Assembly: GCA_965197905.1 (NCBI GenBank)
Contig: CBDAOB010000004.1
Span: 1,568,001-1,632,000 of the forward strand
Direction: 5' to 3'
Length of the DNA: 64,000 nt
Source of the DNA: Candidatus Latescibacterota bacterium
GTDB taxonomy: Bacteria > Latescibacterota > UBA2968 > UBA8231
A program made the position numbers and the translations under genes. Below are positions 9,373-20,265 of this stretch, piece by piece. Within the stretch, counting starts at the first letter, position 1; each line of letters begins with the position of its first letter. A model generated the notes under the pieces. The model was not told the DNA's origin and did not search any database. It saw nothing but the letters and a program-made list of their open reading frames with translations.

Positions 9373-10443
9373 ATGAAAAAAGCCCGATGTGCCGTCATAG
9401 GAGCGGGTTGGTGGTCCACCGCCGCCCATATCCCCTCATTGCATGAAAACCCCAGGGCGGAGCTGGTTGCCGTGCAGAAGCGCGACCTGAAGATGGCGCA
9501 GAAGGTGGCCAGCGATTTTGAGGTGCCCCATGCCTGCACGACGGTCGAGGAGGTGTTGGACCTGGATCTCGACGCCGTCGTCGTCGGCTCAACCCCTAAT
9601 CAGCACTTTTCACAGGCCAAGGCGGCGCTCGGACGGAGCCTGCATGTGCTGATCGAAAAGCCCATGACGATTACGGCGGCCGAGGCGGAGGAGCTGGTAA
9701 ATCTGGCAGCAAAGAAAGGGGTCGAATGTCTCGTCGGCTGCACCTGGCATTATACCAGCCATGCCGCCGCCGCACTCGAGCTGGTGAATAACGGGGAGCT
9801 GGGTGAGATCAAGATGGTCAACCTTTTGATGATGGACCATCTCCTCGGCCTCTACAAGAAGCAGACGTGGCGACAGTTTGCCGAGGACCACAACGATCCG
9901 GAGGTGGAGGTGGAGCCGTATATGGCTCCCAATCAAGATTCCTACGGCGATCCGGCCGTAGCCGGTGGGGGCCAGATCTATGCCCAGGTTTCACATGCGG
10001 TCGGGTACCTGGCGTATCTAACTCAGGACGAACCGGTGGCCGTGCAGGCCTTCTTCGATCAGGGCGGAACCGATGTTGATGTCTACGATGCCATCAACGT
10101 GAAGATGTCTAAAGGCACCATCGTGTCGATCGGCAGTACCGGCAACATTGGCGCCGCAACCCGCCGCATGGTGGTAAACGCCTACGGCACCGAAGGCGTA
10201 CTGGAAATGGAGTTGTTCTACGGCAAGATGCGGTTCTGGTCGTTTGAAAAGGGAGAGCAGCTATTTCCCGATCTTCCGGAGGAGGAGCTCTATCCGAAGG
10301 AAGCGCCCGCACAAAACCTGGTGGACGTGGCGCTCGGTGACGGCCCCAACCTGTCCCCGGGTAGCATCGGTCTGACCTCCATGCGGATCATCGATGCCGC
10401 CTGCCGATCCGGCCGTGAAGGACGAGTGGTTACTCTGCCCTGA
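9373..10443 (+). CDS. Gfo/Idh/MocA-family oxidoreductase
   Basis: VIGAGWWS, HVLIEKPM. Confidence 0.9.
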   Translation: MKKARCAVIGAGWWSTAAHIPSLHENPRAELVAVQKRDLKMAQKVASDFEVPHACTTVEEVLDLDLDAVVVGSTPNQHFSQAKAALGRSLHVLIEKPMTITAAEAEELVNLAAKKGVECLVGCTWHYTSHAAAALELVNNGELGEIKMVNLLMMDHLLGLYKKQTWRQFAEDHNDPEVEVEPYMAPNQDSYGDPAVAGGGQIYAQVSHAVGYLAYLTQDEPVAVQAFFDQGGTDVDVYDAINVKMSKGTIVSIGSTGNIGAATRRMVVNAYGTEGVLEMELFYGKMRFWSFEKGEQLFPDLPEEELYPKEAPAQNLVDVALGDGPNLSPGSIGLTSMRIIDAACRSGREGRVVTLP

Positions 10444-11455
10444 CACCGGGATCGCTAGTTAGTCGCCCCTGCGCCGCTTTTATCATCTCTATCACCCGAT
10501 CTTCGTTGCGGCTCATCGGGTGTGCCAGTGCTTTTCCCCGCAGCGCCTTGAGCTGCTCGCCCGCTGCCACATGGCCCTCCGTCCATTCCTTGACGAACGC
10601 GCCCTCCATGATGTCGTGGAGAAGGTTGTGGCGGGCCTGCGCTCTCACCTCATCATTAAAGATCGTTTCAGCGCGCGTGAGGGAACCGTACTGACTGGTC
10701 GTGGAATGATAGCTGGCCTGTTTGTGGAATCCGTATTCGGCGCATAACCTGAATATCTCGGCGTTTTCGGTGGAGGCGTAGAGCACCATGATGACCTCCT
10801 CCGGATCGTGTCCGGCTTCCACAGCGGTCTCGTAACAGAGGGTGATCCACGCCGACAGTCCCGCCCAAACCACCTGTTCCGTAAACAGGTTGAGATGGGC
10901 TTCCCCCAGGAGTGAGGTCTCGTAGATCCCGGCACGCGTCAGCCCCATGCCGCGGCACAAGGCGAGGGTGATGTCGCGGGCGTTGCCCGTGGCGTCGTGG
11001 TGAACGGCGAACTGACCAATCACACCGTTGCCTTCTTCAAAGCGCGTGCGCACCACGTTTCCCGGCATGATAGGTGCGATCATGATGATGTTGGCGGTCT
11101 CGGTCGGTTCGAGGACCTCGTATCCGACGTTGTAACCGCTGCCCCAGCAGAGGGTATTTCCCGCGTTGATGCCCGGCGCGATCTGCTCCTCCCAGATAAG
11201 GGGCTGAGACTCGTCGGTCGTCAGGACAAGAATGATGTCTCCGGCGGTTGCGGCGTCCGCGACTGGGAGTGGTTCCCAGCCTTCGCGGATTGCCAGCTCG
11301 CCATACTCGTCATCCCGGTTACCGACGACGACGTTGATACCGCTGTCCCGCAGGTTGAGGGCTTGAGCCCGGCCCTGATTGCCGTATCCCAGGACTGCCA
11401 CTCTTTTTCCCACGAGTGGATCCAGCGAGGTTTCCGACTCCTTAAGCATGTTCAT
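10430..11455 (-). CDS. Ketol-acid reductoisomerase (IlvC)-like protein, divergent paralog
   Basis: VAVLGYGNQGRAQALNLRDSG, LFTEQ, HSTTSQYG; GGAGG RBS upstream of 11455. Confidence 0.8.
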   Translation of the reverse strand: MNMLKESETSLDPLVGKRVAVLGYGNQGRAQALNLRDSGINVVVGNRDDEYGELAIREGWEPLPVADAATAGDIILVLTTDESQPLIWEEQIAPGINAGNTLCWGSGYNVGYEVLEPTETANIIMIAPIMPGNVVRTRFEEGNGVIGQFAVHHDATGNARDITLALCRGMGLTRAGIYETSLLGEAHLNLFTEQVVWAGLSAWITLCYETAVEAGHDPEEVIMVLYASTENAEIFRLCAEYGFHKQASYHSTTSQYGSLTRAETIFNDEVRAQARHNLLHDIMEGAFVKEWTEGHVAAGEQLKALRGKALAHPMSRNEDRVIEMIKAAQGRLTSDPGVRAE

Positions 11456-11714
11456 CGAAAGATTGCCTCCATTTTTTCGGCGTTGCTTGTGGCGCAAAGC
11501 TATGGCTGTAAGCAGGTGCGGGGAAGCACTGATGGTGCAGCAAGCGATGGTTTTGTTGAAGCGACGTTATCGTTTGTTTAATTACATCCAGTCCGCGCCG
11601 TTGAAACCGTCGCCTGTCGACTCCGGCAAACCGGCGGTTTGGATCCACGATCGTGGTCGGCGATCGCCCCATGCTGCCGTTGTCTACCACGGAAGTGTCT
11701 TCGAAGGACATCGT

Positions 11715-13010
11715 TTGAACACGAAAAGAATTGTGCTGCTGCTGTCGGTTACGGTCAGTTGTAGTGGCTCGAGCGTTGGTGCCGACGACTGGCCCGGTTG
11801 GCGCGGGACCGGCGACGGCGTGTGGCGCGAGCAAGGCATCGTGGCTCACCTTCCCGCCGGCCAGATCCCGATCAAGTGGAAAGCCGCAATCTCCAGCGGT
11901 TATAGCGGTCCCACCGTGGCGGAAGGTCGGGTCTTTGTAACCGATCGTATCACCGAACCGCAACAGCGCGAGCGGGTGTTTTGTTTTCGATGGGATACAG
12001 GCGAGCTCTTGTGGACCCATGAGTACGACTGCCCGTACCGGGATGTTTCCTATACGGCGGGTCCACGTGCCAGCGTTACGGTTCACGACGGCCTCGCCTA
12101 CGCCCTCGGCACTATGGGGCACCTCCATTGTCTGGAGGCCGCCACCGGCAAGGTGGTGTGGAAGAAGGATCTCAACGCAATCTATCAGATTCGCATGCCG
12201 ATCTGGGGTATTGCCGGATCGCCGGTGGTCCATGAAGATCTGGTGATCATCCTGGTCGGGGGCGCGGACAACGCCTGTTTGGTTGCATTTGACCGCAGAA
12301 CGGGAAAGGAGCGGTGGCGCTCCCTCGAGGACCGGGCGGGTTACTCCACGCCCATTGTCGTCGAACAAGCCGGCCGCAGAATCCTGATCTGCTGGACCGC
12401 CGACAATGTGGTCGGATTGGATCCCGCTTCAGGCAAACAACTGTGGAGCTATCCTTTCCCGCCGAAGAATATGCCGTTGACGATCGCCGCCCCCGTGGTG
12501 GCGGGGAATCGCTTGTTCGTAACCGGTTTCTACGAAGGCTCCCTTATGTTGCGGCTGTTGGCCGACCGCTACGCTGTTGAGAAGATCTGGCGGCGGCAGG
12601 GAGCCTCGGAACGCGAAACCGAGGCACTGCACGCCCTGATGTCCACCCCGATTATCGACGGCGAGTACATCTACGGCGTCGATAGTCACGGCGAATTGCG
12701 CTGCTTGAAAGCCGCTGACGGCGAGCGGATCTGGGAGAATCTCGAAATCGTCCCGACGGCGCGCTGGAGCACGGCGCATTTGATCCGGAATAATCAGAAC
12801 GTCTGGATATTCAACGAGCGCGGCGAGCTGCTTATTACCTCCATGTCACCACAGGGGGTCGAGATCAAGAGTCGGGCCCAGTTGATCGAACCTACCCGGG
12901 ACCAGCTGAATCAGCGTGGGGGCGTTACGTGGGCCCACCCCGCCTTCGCCTACCGCCACGTTTTCGCGCGCAATGACAGGGAGCTGGTTTGCGCCAGCCT
13001 GGAGCAGTGA
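11715..13010 (+). CDS. PQQ-binding-like beta-propeller repeat protein (BamB-like), exported
   Basis: DWPGWRG, GYSGP, repeated A.TG...W motifs, TWAHPAFA; TTG start after AAGGA; start uncertain. Confidence 0.85.
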   Translation: MNTKRIVLLLSVTVSCSGSSVGADDWPGWRGTGDGVWREQGIVAHLPAGQIPIKWKAAISSGYSGPTVAEGRVFVTDRITEPQQRERVFCFRWDTGELLWTHEYDCPYRDVSYTAGPRASVTVHDGLAYALGTMGHLHCLEAATGKVVWKKDLNAIYQIRMPIWGIAGSPVVHEDLVIILVGGADNACLVAFDRRTGKERWRSLEDRAGYSTPIVVEQAGRRILICWTADNVVGLDPASGKQLWSYPFPPKNMPLTIAAPVVAGNRLFVTGFYEGSLMLRLLADRYAVEKIWRRQGASERETEALHALMSTPIIDGEYIYGVDSHGELRCLKAADGERIWENLEIVPTARWSTAHLIRNNQNVWIFNERGELLITSMSPQGVEIKSRAQLIEPTRDQLNQRGGVTWAHPAFAYRHVFARNDRELVCASLEQ

Positions 13011-13035
13011 TCGTGGACCGACTACAGGAAGCCCG

Positions 13036-13497
13036 ATGATCACCGGTGTTGTTCATGCCAGCTTTACCGTTTCGGACATGGAAACCGCGGAACAGTTTTT
13101 TGTTGAAACCTTGAACATGAAACGGCTTGGCGGCGGCGAGTACGACTTCGACTATCTCAAGGCGGTGGTGGGATACCCCGACGCCGTGTTGAAGATCGCT
13201 TTTTTTGCGCCTCAGGTGAGTCCCCCGGGCGCGGTTCATGTGGAATTGATTGAATACGTAACACCAAAGGGCAAGCACACATGCACCGACACCAATCGGC
13301 CCGGCAACGCGCACCTGTGTCTTGAGGTAGACGACATCGAAGCCGAATGCGAGCGCCTAAAAGCTAGAGGGGTGGTGTTTGGGTCGGCCCCGCAGCAGGT
13401 GACCTTTGGACTCAACAAAGGAGCCAAGGCGGTCTATTTCGACGGACCTGACCAGATAAAGCTGGAGCTCTACCAGCGGGCTCCAACCAGTTCTTGA
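13036..13497 (+). CDS. VOC/glyoxalase family protein
   Basis: HASFTVSDM, VELIEY, HLCLEVDDI, YFDGPD..LEL. Confidence 0.88.
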   Translation: MITGVVHASFTVSDMETAEQFFVETLNMKRLGGGEYDFDYLKAVVGYPDAVLKIAFFAPQVSPPGAVHVELIEYVTPKGKHTCTDTNRPGNAHLCLEVDDIEAECERLKARGVVFGSAPQQVTFGLNKGAKAVYFDGPDQIKLELYQRAPTSS

Positions 13498-13555
13498 TGA
13501 GGTCGCGGCAGTGGCCTAGCCGCCTGCTGTTGCATCGGGACGTCTGGCGACAGGT

Positions 13556-14689
13556 TCAGACGGTCGTCCACGCCCCTTGATTCTTCGAGCTCGCCACCGC
13601 AGCGCGAATAAAAGACATTCCGGCTACCCCGGTTTCCGCATCGGGATGATCGAAGGGCTCCGGCGCCTCCTCTCCACGACGTCGGCGAATCTGGAACTCC
13701 ATGGTTTGATGTAGATTGGCCATAGCCTCGAAGAAGTCTTCGTGGTGACCGGCCGGTACGCGCAGATACGGTTGCACCGATTCCGGGAAAAAACCGAAGT
13801 TTGCCCCGAGCCAGTAGGTCTCATCGAATTCCCCGCGGCGCAGCAGCAGCGCCTCTGCCCGCTCCTGATGCCACTCCAGCGACCCCTCCGTTCCGAAGAT
13901 GCGGAAGCCGTTGTCGTTCTTGTAGCCGATGGCGATCTGGGTGGCGTTGATGATCGCCGTTCCCCCGTTTTCCAACTCCCCGATCGTATTGAAATCGTCG
14001 TCGAGCACCCGACCTTCGCCGAAGATGTTGAGGCGCGCGGAAACCTTGCGCACTCCCAACCCGGTGGTCCAGGTGGCGGCCACGAGAGCGTGGGTGCCAA
14101 TGTCGCCGCCACAGTTGGAGATGCCAGTGCGAGCCGGATCGGTGCGCCACTGGGCTTGCTGCAAGCCTTCCTTTTCCAAGGAGGTAGCCAGCCACCCCTG
14201 GTAATACCACGCTTCCACCTTGCGGACCTCACCGATCTTTCCCTGGCGCACGAACTCCTTTGCCGTCATCATCATCGGGTGTCCCGTGTAGGTGTGGGCG
14301 AGGACGAACGGCACGTCCCGCTGTTTTGCCGTGGCGGCCAGATCCTCGGCTTCCTCAACCGTCATGGTAATCGGTTTTTCGCACACCACGGGGATGTCGG
14401 CTTCGAGAAGGGCTTTGGCCGGGGCATAGTGGGCGTGGTTCGGCGTGACGATGGTGACGTAGTCGAGATCGAGTTTCCCACCGACACGGGCTTCGATAAG
14501 CGCCTCGAAGGTGGGAAACCCCTCGATCCCATACTCCTGAGCCGCCGCCACTGCCTCGTCCGCGTCGCTGCGCAGCGCGCCGGCCACCAATTCGCGCGTG
14601 TGGTCCAGCGAGATTGCACGTTTGTGGACATGCCCGAAGAAGTTTCCGGGGCCCCCGCCCCCAATCAGTCCGACCCTCAGTTTCGACAT
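13556..14689 (-). CDS. Gfo/Idh/MocA-family oxidoreductase
   Basis: GLIGGG..FFG.VH, IVTPNHAH, VCEKP, WRTDP, GDIGTH. Confidence 0.92.
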   Translation of the reverse strand: MSKLRVGLIGGGGPGNFFGHVHKRAISLDHTRELVAGALRSDADEAVAAAQEYGIEGFPTFEALIEARVGGKLDLDYVTIVTPNHAHYAPAKALLEADIPVVCEKPITMTVEEAEDLAATAKQRDVPFVLAHTYTGHPMMMTAKEFVRQGKIGEVRKVEAWYYQGWLATSLEKEGLQQAQWRTDPARTGISNCGGDIGTHALVAATWTTGLGVRKVSARLNIFGEGRVLDDDFNTIGELENGGTAIINATQIAIGYKNDNGFRIFGTEGSLEWHQERAEALLLRRGEFDETYWLGANFGFFPESVQPYLRVPAGHHEDFFEAMANLHQTMEFQIRRRRGEEAPEPFDHPDAETGVAGMSFIRAAVASSKNQGAWTTV

Positions 14690-14783
14690 GTTCGACTCTC
14701 CCTGATCCAGCTCGACCCGGAGCTCTATGGTATGGAGATCGGCAGGAACAAAAAATGATCATTTTGCCGGCGGCGGCAACCGC

Positions 14784-15593
14784 TCAGATCAGACCCGCGG
14801 CCAGGGCGAAGGCCAGCAGGACGAGCATGATACCTACCAGCCGATGAATGGAGTGCATCGTCACCCGGCGCATAAGTCGCTTGCTGATCGAGACGCCGAA
14901 AAAGGCAGCTACCGTCGCGGCCGCCGCCAACTGGATGCCACCCGATTCCGCCAGTTGACCAAACGATTCGGTGTAGAACATCACCCCGTATACAGCCAAG
15001 CGCGACAGATCCACGGCGACGGCGCAGACAACGCCGGTGGCGATAAAGGTTTCCTTCTCGAGCCCACACCGTATCAGCACCGCCGACCGCAGTGCACCCT
15101 GGTGTCCGGAGAGCCCGCCTAGGAAGCCGGAGATGGCGCCACCGACCAGCAGGTGTTGTCTCCCGAAACGAACCATCGCGCTCAGCGCCGGCGCCAATTC
15201 GACAAGCGCGAAAAAGAGGATGAGGGCACCGATGACCAGGCGCGATGGCACGATTGAGTACTGGTGGCTGCCCAGGGAATACTGCGTCAACACGGGCAGA
15301 TCGGCAAGCGCCGTGAGCAGCGAAGCCCCAGCGACGGCAAGCAGAGCCCCCGGCAATGCGAAGCGGATTACGACGCCAACGTCGGCGTACCGCCACAGCA
15401 AAGCAAACTTGAACAGATTGGTCAGTAGGTGAACGATTGCGGTGGCCGCCACGGCCACCTCGACCGGGAAGAAGAGCGCGAAAACGGGCATGAGGAGGGT
15501 GCCCAGTCCGAAGCCGGAATACAGCGTGAGCGCCGATACCAGCAAGGCGGCAGCGCAGACGACGAGGTACGGAAACATCGACTCGGGAACCAT
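14784..15593 (-). CDS. Sulfite exporter TauE/SafE family membrane protein
   Basis: SGFGLGTLLMP, SGFLGGLSGHQGALRS; multiple TM segments; start may be 15578. Confidence 0.85.
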   Translation of the reverse strand: MVPESMFPYLVVCAAALLVSALTLYSGFGLGTLLMPVFALFFPVEVAVAATAIVHLLTNLFKFALLWRYADVGVVIRFALPGALLAVAGASLLTALADLPVLTQYSLGSHQYSIVPSRLVIGALILFFALVELAPALSAMVRFGRQHLLVGGAISGFLGGLSGHQGALRSAVLIRCGLEKETFIATGVVCAVAVDLSRLAVYGVMFYTESFGQLAESGGIQLAAAATVAAFFGVSISKRLMRRVTMHSIHRLVGIMLVLLAFALAAGLI

Positions 15594-15784
15594 GGCAGCT
15601 CGATCATCGCGAATACCGGGTTTGTCGGCAACCCCGAAATGTGTGAAAGGGTATTGCCGTCGCACGTTGACTTAGACGGTCCGATCTGGTAAATAGAGCT
15701 TCGCCTTCCGGTCGGAACCTCGAGTCCGGCGTTTCCAGATGACGCCTGCACTCGTTTCACGAAAAGCTACCACGACGGAATCGC

Positions 15785-17220
15785 ATGTCCCCCACTTCGC
15801 ACCCACTCACCCAACGGGACCTGTTCGCACAGGTGCTACCGCTGGCGCTCAGCGGCATCTTCTTTCCGCTTGGAGCTCCTATCATCAGCGCTGCTCTGGC
15901 CCGCACCAAAGAGCCGGAACTGGCACTGGCGGCCTACTCGGTGGCTTTCAGCATTGCGGCCCTTGTCTCCTCGGCCTTGTGGGGAATTCGCCAAATCTCC
16001 AACACCTTCGGAGGCGATCGCCGGATGCTCCACCTGGTCGGCAGATTGTCCTTGATCCTGTCTTCCATTGCGGTTGGCACCATTCTCTGTTGATCTGTGT
16101 TCCAACTGTGGCCCGAACCGTTCTGGACCGGCTAATGGGCATCCCGCCAGAGATCGCGCGCTTGGTCCCACCAGCCCTTTTGGTCATGGCGCTCAATCCG
16201 TACCTGAGCGTCGGCCGTGGGTTCTATCAGGGCGTTTTGGTGCATTACGGCAAAACGGGCGCTATCGGAGTGGGTGCAGTGGGGTACTTGCTGGCGGTGG
16301 CGGCGGTTATGCTGTGGGGGGTCGTGTGGGCGGATCTACCCGGCGCGCTGTTGGCTGCTCTGGCGATGATGGTGGGACAGGCGGTCTATTTCGCCGTCTG
16401 CTGGTGGCCCTGTCGGAGCATTATGCAAACCCGGATTCCCCCGACGGATCCCGGTATCACGCCCGGGCAGCGTAGCAGCCGCTATCTCTTCTTCTTCTAT
16501 CTACCGCTGGCGCTTTCGATAGTGTTCACAACGGTTTCCGAGCCCATCCTGCAGTCGGGCATGGCCCGCGCCCCTATGTCCGCCGCCTCGTTGGCCGCCT
16601 ACCCTGTATGCATCGCCATCATGTGGCTTGGGGTCACACCGCTATACAACGCCCAACAGGTTGTGATCGCGAAAGTGCGCGACCGCGCGTCATACCTGGC
16701 GGTACGGCGTTTCATCTTTACCATGATCGCTGCGGGCACCGTCGTCATGGCGGTCTTGGCCATCCCTCCTGTCTCCTACTTCGTGCTCGGTACTGTCGTG
16801 GGGCTCAGTGGCGAAGTTAAAGAGCTGGCGGCGAGCAACTTTAAGCTGTTGCCAGCCATACCGTTGGTATTGGGTTCGCGGAGTCTGTTCCACGGCACCC
16901 TCGTTGCCCGTCACCACTCGGGGCCGATCCGCTCAGCGGCGGTGCTGCAATTGTCGGTGTTGGTGGTAATCGTAGTTGCGGGCGTATGGTATGGCCAGTT
17001 CAGCGGTCTGTTCGTGGCCATCTGCGCCAAAGTCGCAGCCACCGGCGCTGAGGTCTCGTACTTGGCCTGGCACACCTCGAAGTTGGCCTGGCGGCAAGAG
17101 GGTTGGCGACCCTCGGCACACCTGAAAACGGTGGGTACTCCCGGTTACATTGCCGTCCCCTCCTCGCAACGTCCACAACCTTTCCGGCAACCTCCTCCGG
17201 CGAACAGGCAACTGGTATGA
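15785..17220 (+). pseudogene. ANKH/MATE-like multi-pass membrane protein, frameshift at ~16085 (possibly a sequencing error)
   Basis: N-part LPLALS..PIISAALAR (ORF 15785-16093) continues in the other frame as LLICVP...; second half repeats LPLALS..PILQSGMAR; extra CT in CATTCTCTGTTG. Confidence 0.75.
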
Positions 17221-17240
17221 TACTTGCCAGGATCGCTACC

Positions 17241-18776
17241 ATGCCCGCAACCATTCTCAGTGCCGCCCTCCGCGGAGTGGACGCGTATCCGGTAGATGTT
17301 GAGGTGGATACCGATCGCCAGCTGCCGTCGTTTACGGTTGTGGGACTGCCCGACAGCACGGTGCGCGAGAGCAAGGAGCGCGTCATGGCGGCCATCCGCA
17401 ACGCCGGCTTCGAATGGCCACGCCGTCGGGTCACGGTGAACCTCGCTCCCGCCCATCTGCGCAAGGAGGGGTCCGCCTTCGACCTCCCCATCGCCGTGGG
17501 TATCCTGGCAGCCTCCGGCCAGATCCGCCTCTGCCGCGCCGGCCGCTTCATTCTCGTCGGTGAGCTCTCTCTGGACGGAACCTTGCGCCCGGCGCGCGGG
17601 GTTCTGTGTATGGCGTCTGCGGCTCGCAATCGCGGCGACTACGGCATCATCGTGCCGGCCGCGAATGCCTCCGAAGCGGCGTTAGCCGATGGACCGATCG
17701 TCTATGCGGTGGGAAACCTGCGCGAAGCGGTGGAGATCATCGAGGGCCATGTCCGGCACCAACCGGTTGAATCGCAGCTGACCGCACAGCTGTGTCAGCC
17801 GCGCGCCACCGGGTACGACTTCAGTGATGTCAGGGGCCAGGAGCAGACCAAACGAGCCCTCGAAGTGGCCGCAGCCGGCGGCCACAACCTGCTCATGATC
17901 GGACCACCGGGGTCGGGCAAGACCATGCTGGCACGCCGCCTTCCGGGCATTCTCCCCGACCTTAGCCTGGAGGAAGCGCTAGCCGCAACGAAAATCCACT
18001 CCGTGGCCGGGTTGCTGGGACCGAAAGAGGCGTTGGTGTTGTCCCGTCCGTTTCGAGCCCCGCACCACACAATCTCTGCTGCCGGTCTAGTCGGAGGCGG
18101 TCCCTATCCGCGGCCGGGTGAGGTATCTCTCGCCCATCACGGGGTTCTCTTTCTGGACGAAATGCCCGAATTCAAGAAACCGGTCATCGAGGCACTCAGG
18201 CAGCCGTTGGAGGATCATCAGGTTACCATCTCCCGGGCCAGCGGGACCCTGTCCTACCCGGCGCGGTTCATGGTCGTTGCCGCTATGAACCCGTGTCCGT
18301 GCGGCTACTTGTCCGATCCGCAACGGTCATGTAGCTGTCTGGCTCCCTTGATTCAGCGGTATCGCGCGCGCATCTCCGGACCCGTTCTCGACCGCATAGA
18401 CCTTCATGTAGAAGTACCCCCCGTGCGCTATCGCGATCTCGCCGATCCGCAGTCGGGCGAGCCCTCCGCCCAGATCCGCGCCAGGGTTAACCGGGCGCGG
18501 CAGCGACAGGCGCAGCGATTCGCCGACGACCGGGGTCTTTTCTGCAATGCGGATATGAACCCCCGCGATGTGCGAGCGCACCTGAAGGTACCCAAGGAAG
18601 CGGAACAGCTTCTAGGTCGGGCGATCACCGAATTGGGGCTGTCCGCCCGTGCCTACGACCGCGTCCGGAAAGTGGCGCTGACCATCGCGGATCTCGACGA
18701 GCACGACTCGATCGAGGCGCGTCACGTTGGCGAAGCCATTCAGTATCGCTCGCTGGATCGCCAGCTCGTGCCCTGA
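17241..18776 (+). CDS. comM: YifB/ComM Mg-chelatase-like AAA+ ATPase
   Basis: VGLPD..VRESKERV, GPPGSGKTMLA, PFRAPHH, GEVSLAHHGVLFLDE, AMNPCPCG, ISGPVLDRID. Confidence 0.93.
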   Translation: MPATILSAALRGVDAYPVDVEVDTDRQLPSFTVVGLPDSTVRESKERVMAAIRNAGFEWPRRRVTVNLAPAHLRKEGSAFDLPIAVGILAASGQIRLCRAGRFILVGELSLDGTLRPARGVLCMASAARNRGDYGIIVPAANASEAALADGPIVYAVGNLREAVEIIEGHVRHQPVESQLTAQLCQPRATGYDFSDVRGQEQTKRALEVAAAGGHNLLMIGPPGSGKTMLARRLPGILPDLSLEEALAATKIHSVAGLLGPKEALVLSRPFRAPHHTISAAGLVGGGPYPRPGEVSLAHHGVLFLDEMPEFKKPVIEALRQPLEDHQVTISRASGTLSYPARFMVVAAMNPCPCGYLSDPQRSCSCLAPLIQRYRARISGPVLDRIDLHVEVPPVRYRDLADPQSGEPSAQIRARVNRARQRQAQRFADDRGLFCNADMNPRDVRAHLKVPKEAEQLLGRAITELGLSARAYDRVRKVALTIADLDEHDSIEARHVGEAIQYRSLDRQLVP

Positions 18777-18911
18777 GTGGTAAACGGTTGAAGGATCAGA
18801 ACTTGGGGGGTCCGGTTCCGTACCTCATCTACCCGTTTTCCCCTTGATATTCACCCCCAATACGCGTAAGTTGTACTCCAGTACAACCCCCAAGAGGAGA
18901 GGTCTCCCCAA

Positions 18912-20100
18912 GTGCCACTCCGAATTAATACAAACCTGTCTGCCCTGAGTGTGGGCCGGCAGCTCGGTCGAAACGTCCAGGCGGTGGACAAGACGCTGGA
19001 GCGGTTGTCCACGGGTCTGCGCATCAACCGCGCTGCGGACGACGTCGCCGGACTGTCCGTACGCGAAGGTCTGCGCGCCGAGCTGTCCGGTTTGCGTGCT
19101 AGTGTCAGCAACGCCACTCAGGCGACCAATCTGGTACAGACCGCCGAGAGCTCACTCTCGGAAGTCAACACCGTGCTCTTGCGCATGCGCGATTTGGCGG
19201 TCCAGTCCTCCTCCAGCACCCTCACCGATTCCGATCGCGGTTCGCTGCAGGCCGAATTCGCGCAGCTGACCTCTGAGATCGACCGCATCGCTGGCGCTAC
19301 CGTATTCAACTCGCAAACACTGCTCACTGGATTCGGCAACTCGGTGGATCCCAGCTCCAGCGCCGTCGCCACCAGTAACTTGACCGGTGTCAACAGGATT
19401 TCGCTGTCGGGGGCGCCCGCTGGCACCTTCACCTTTACCGACAGCGCCGGCGACAACCAGGTCACACTGTCAAACGGTACCCTCTCCCAAACGCTGAGCA
19501 TGGGAACCATCCTCGATGGAGGATCGGTGGCTACAGACCCAGGTCGTAGCCAACTTCGACCGTCTGGGCATTCAGGTAACCCTGGCGGGACCTCAAGTAT
19601 CCAGTGCCACCGGTCAATTCTCGGACGGCGACTTGAACGGCACTGAGATCGTCATTCAGGAAGGCACCGGCGGGACGTTTCAGGTGGGCTCAACCGATGC
19701 GGCGGTCAACCGGCTGGAGGTCCCCATCCCGGATCTCAAGGCGACCGGCACGGAGCTCAATTTAGGCGGGGTCAACGTCTCCAGCTTGTCCACGTCGCAG
19801 TCGGCGATCACGTCCGTGGACAGTGCCATAACTCGAGTTGCCCAGGAACGGGGCAATCTGGGTGCAACCCAGAACCGGCTCAATTTTACTGTCTCCTTTA
19901 CCGAAAACGAGATTGAAAAGATCGCCGCTTCCGAGTCTTCCATCAGCGACGCGGATATCGCGGCGGAGGTTACCGAACTGACCCGGGCTCAATTGCTTGC
20001 CCAGGTAGGCGCGGCCATCCTCGCTCAAGCCAACGTGCAGCCCCAGACGGCCCTAATCCTGCTTGCCAGCCAGGGCATTGGAGCTTTCGCGCGAGGCTAA
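18912..20100 (+). CDS. fliC: Flagellin, frameshift at ~19535 (probable 2-bp loss, possibly a consensus error)
   Basis: RINTN..., ERLSTGLRINRAADD N-domain; C-domain RGNLGATQNRL...ESSISDADIAAE...AILAQAN in the next frame; AGGAGAGG RBS. Confidence 0.85.
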
Positions 20101-20265
20101 GCCACTTCCGTAGGTTCCAGAGATAACATGGGTCACGGTGGCCGGCCGCAGCCGGTTGTCGGGAAACCCGAATCCTTCGCCTCGTCGAGGCGGGTACGCG
20201 GCCGCGATTGGACTGCGTGGCGCTCCCGATAATCGCCGAGTCCTTCTTGTAGGAGAATCTGCCAT

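Noticed and set aside
11379..11714. N-terminal extension of the PQQ-propeller ORF
   Set aside because: Overlaps the divergent ilvC-like start; the signal peptide begins near 11715.
17241..18776. Mobile element inserted at comM
   Set aside because: comM is intact; no integrase, att repeats or cargo shift is visible.
20101..20265. Possible gene remnant or riboswitch between flagellin and the Ldh gene
   Set aside because: No recognisable motif on either strand.
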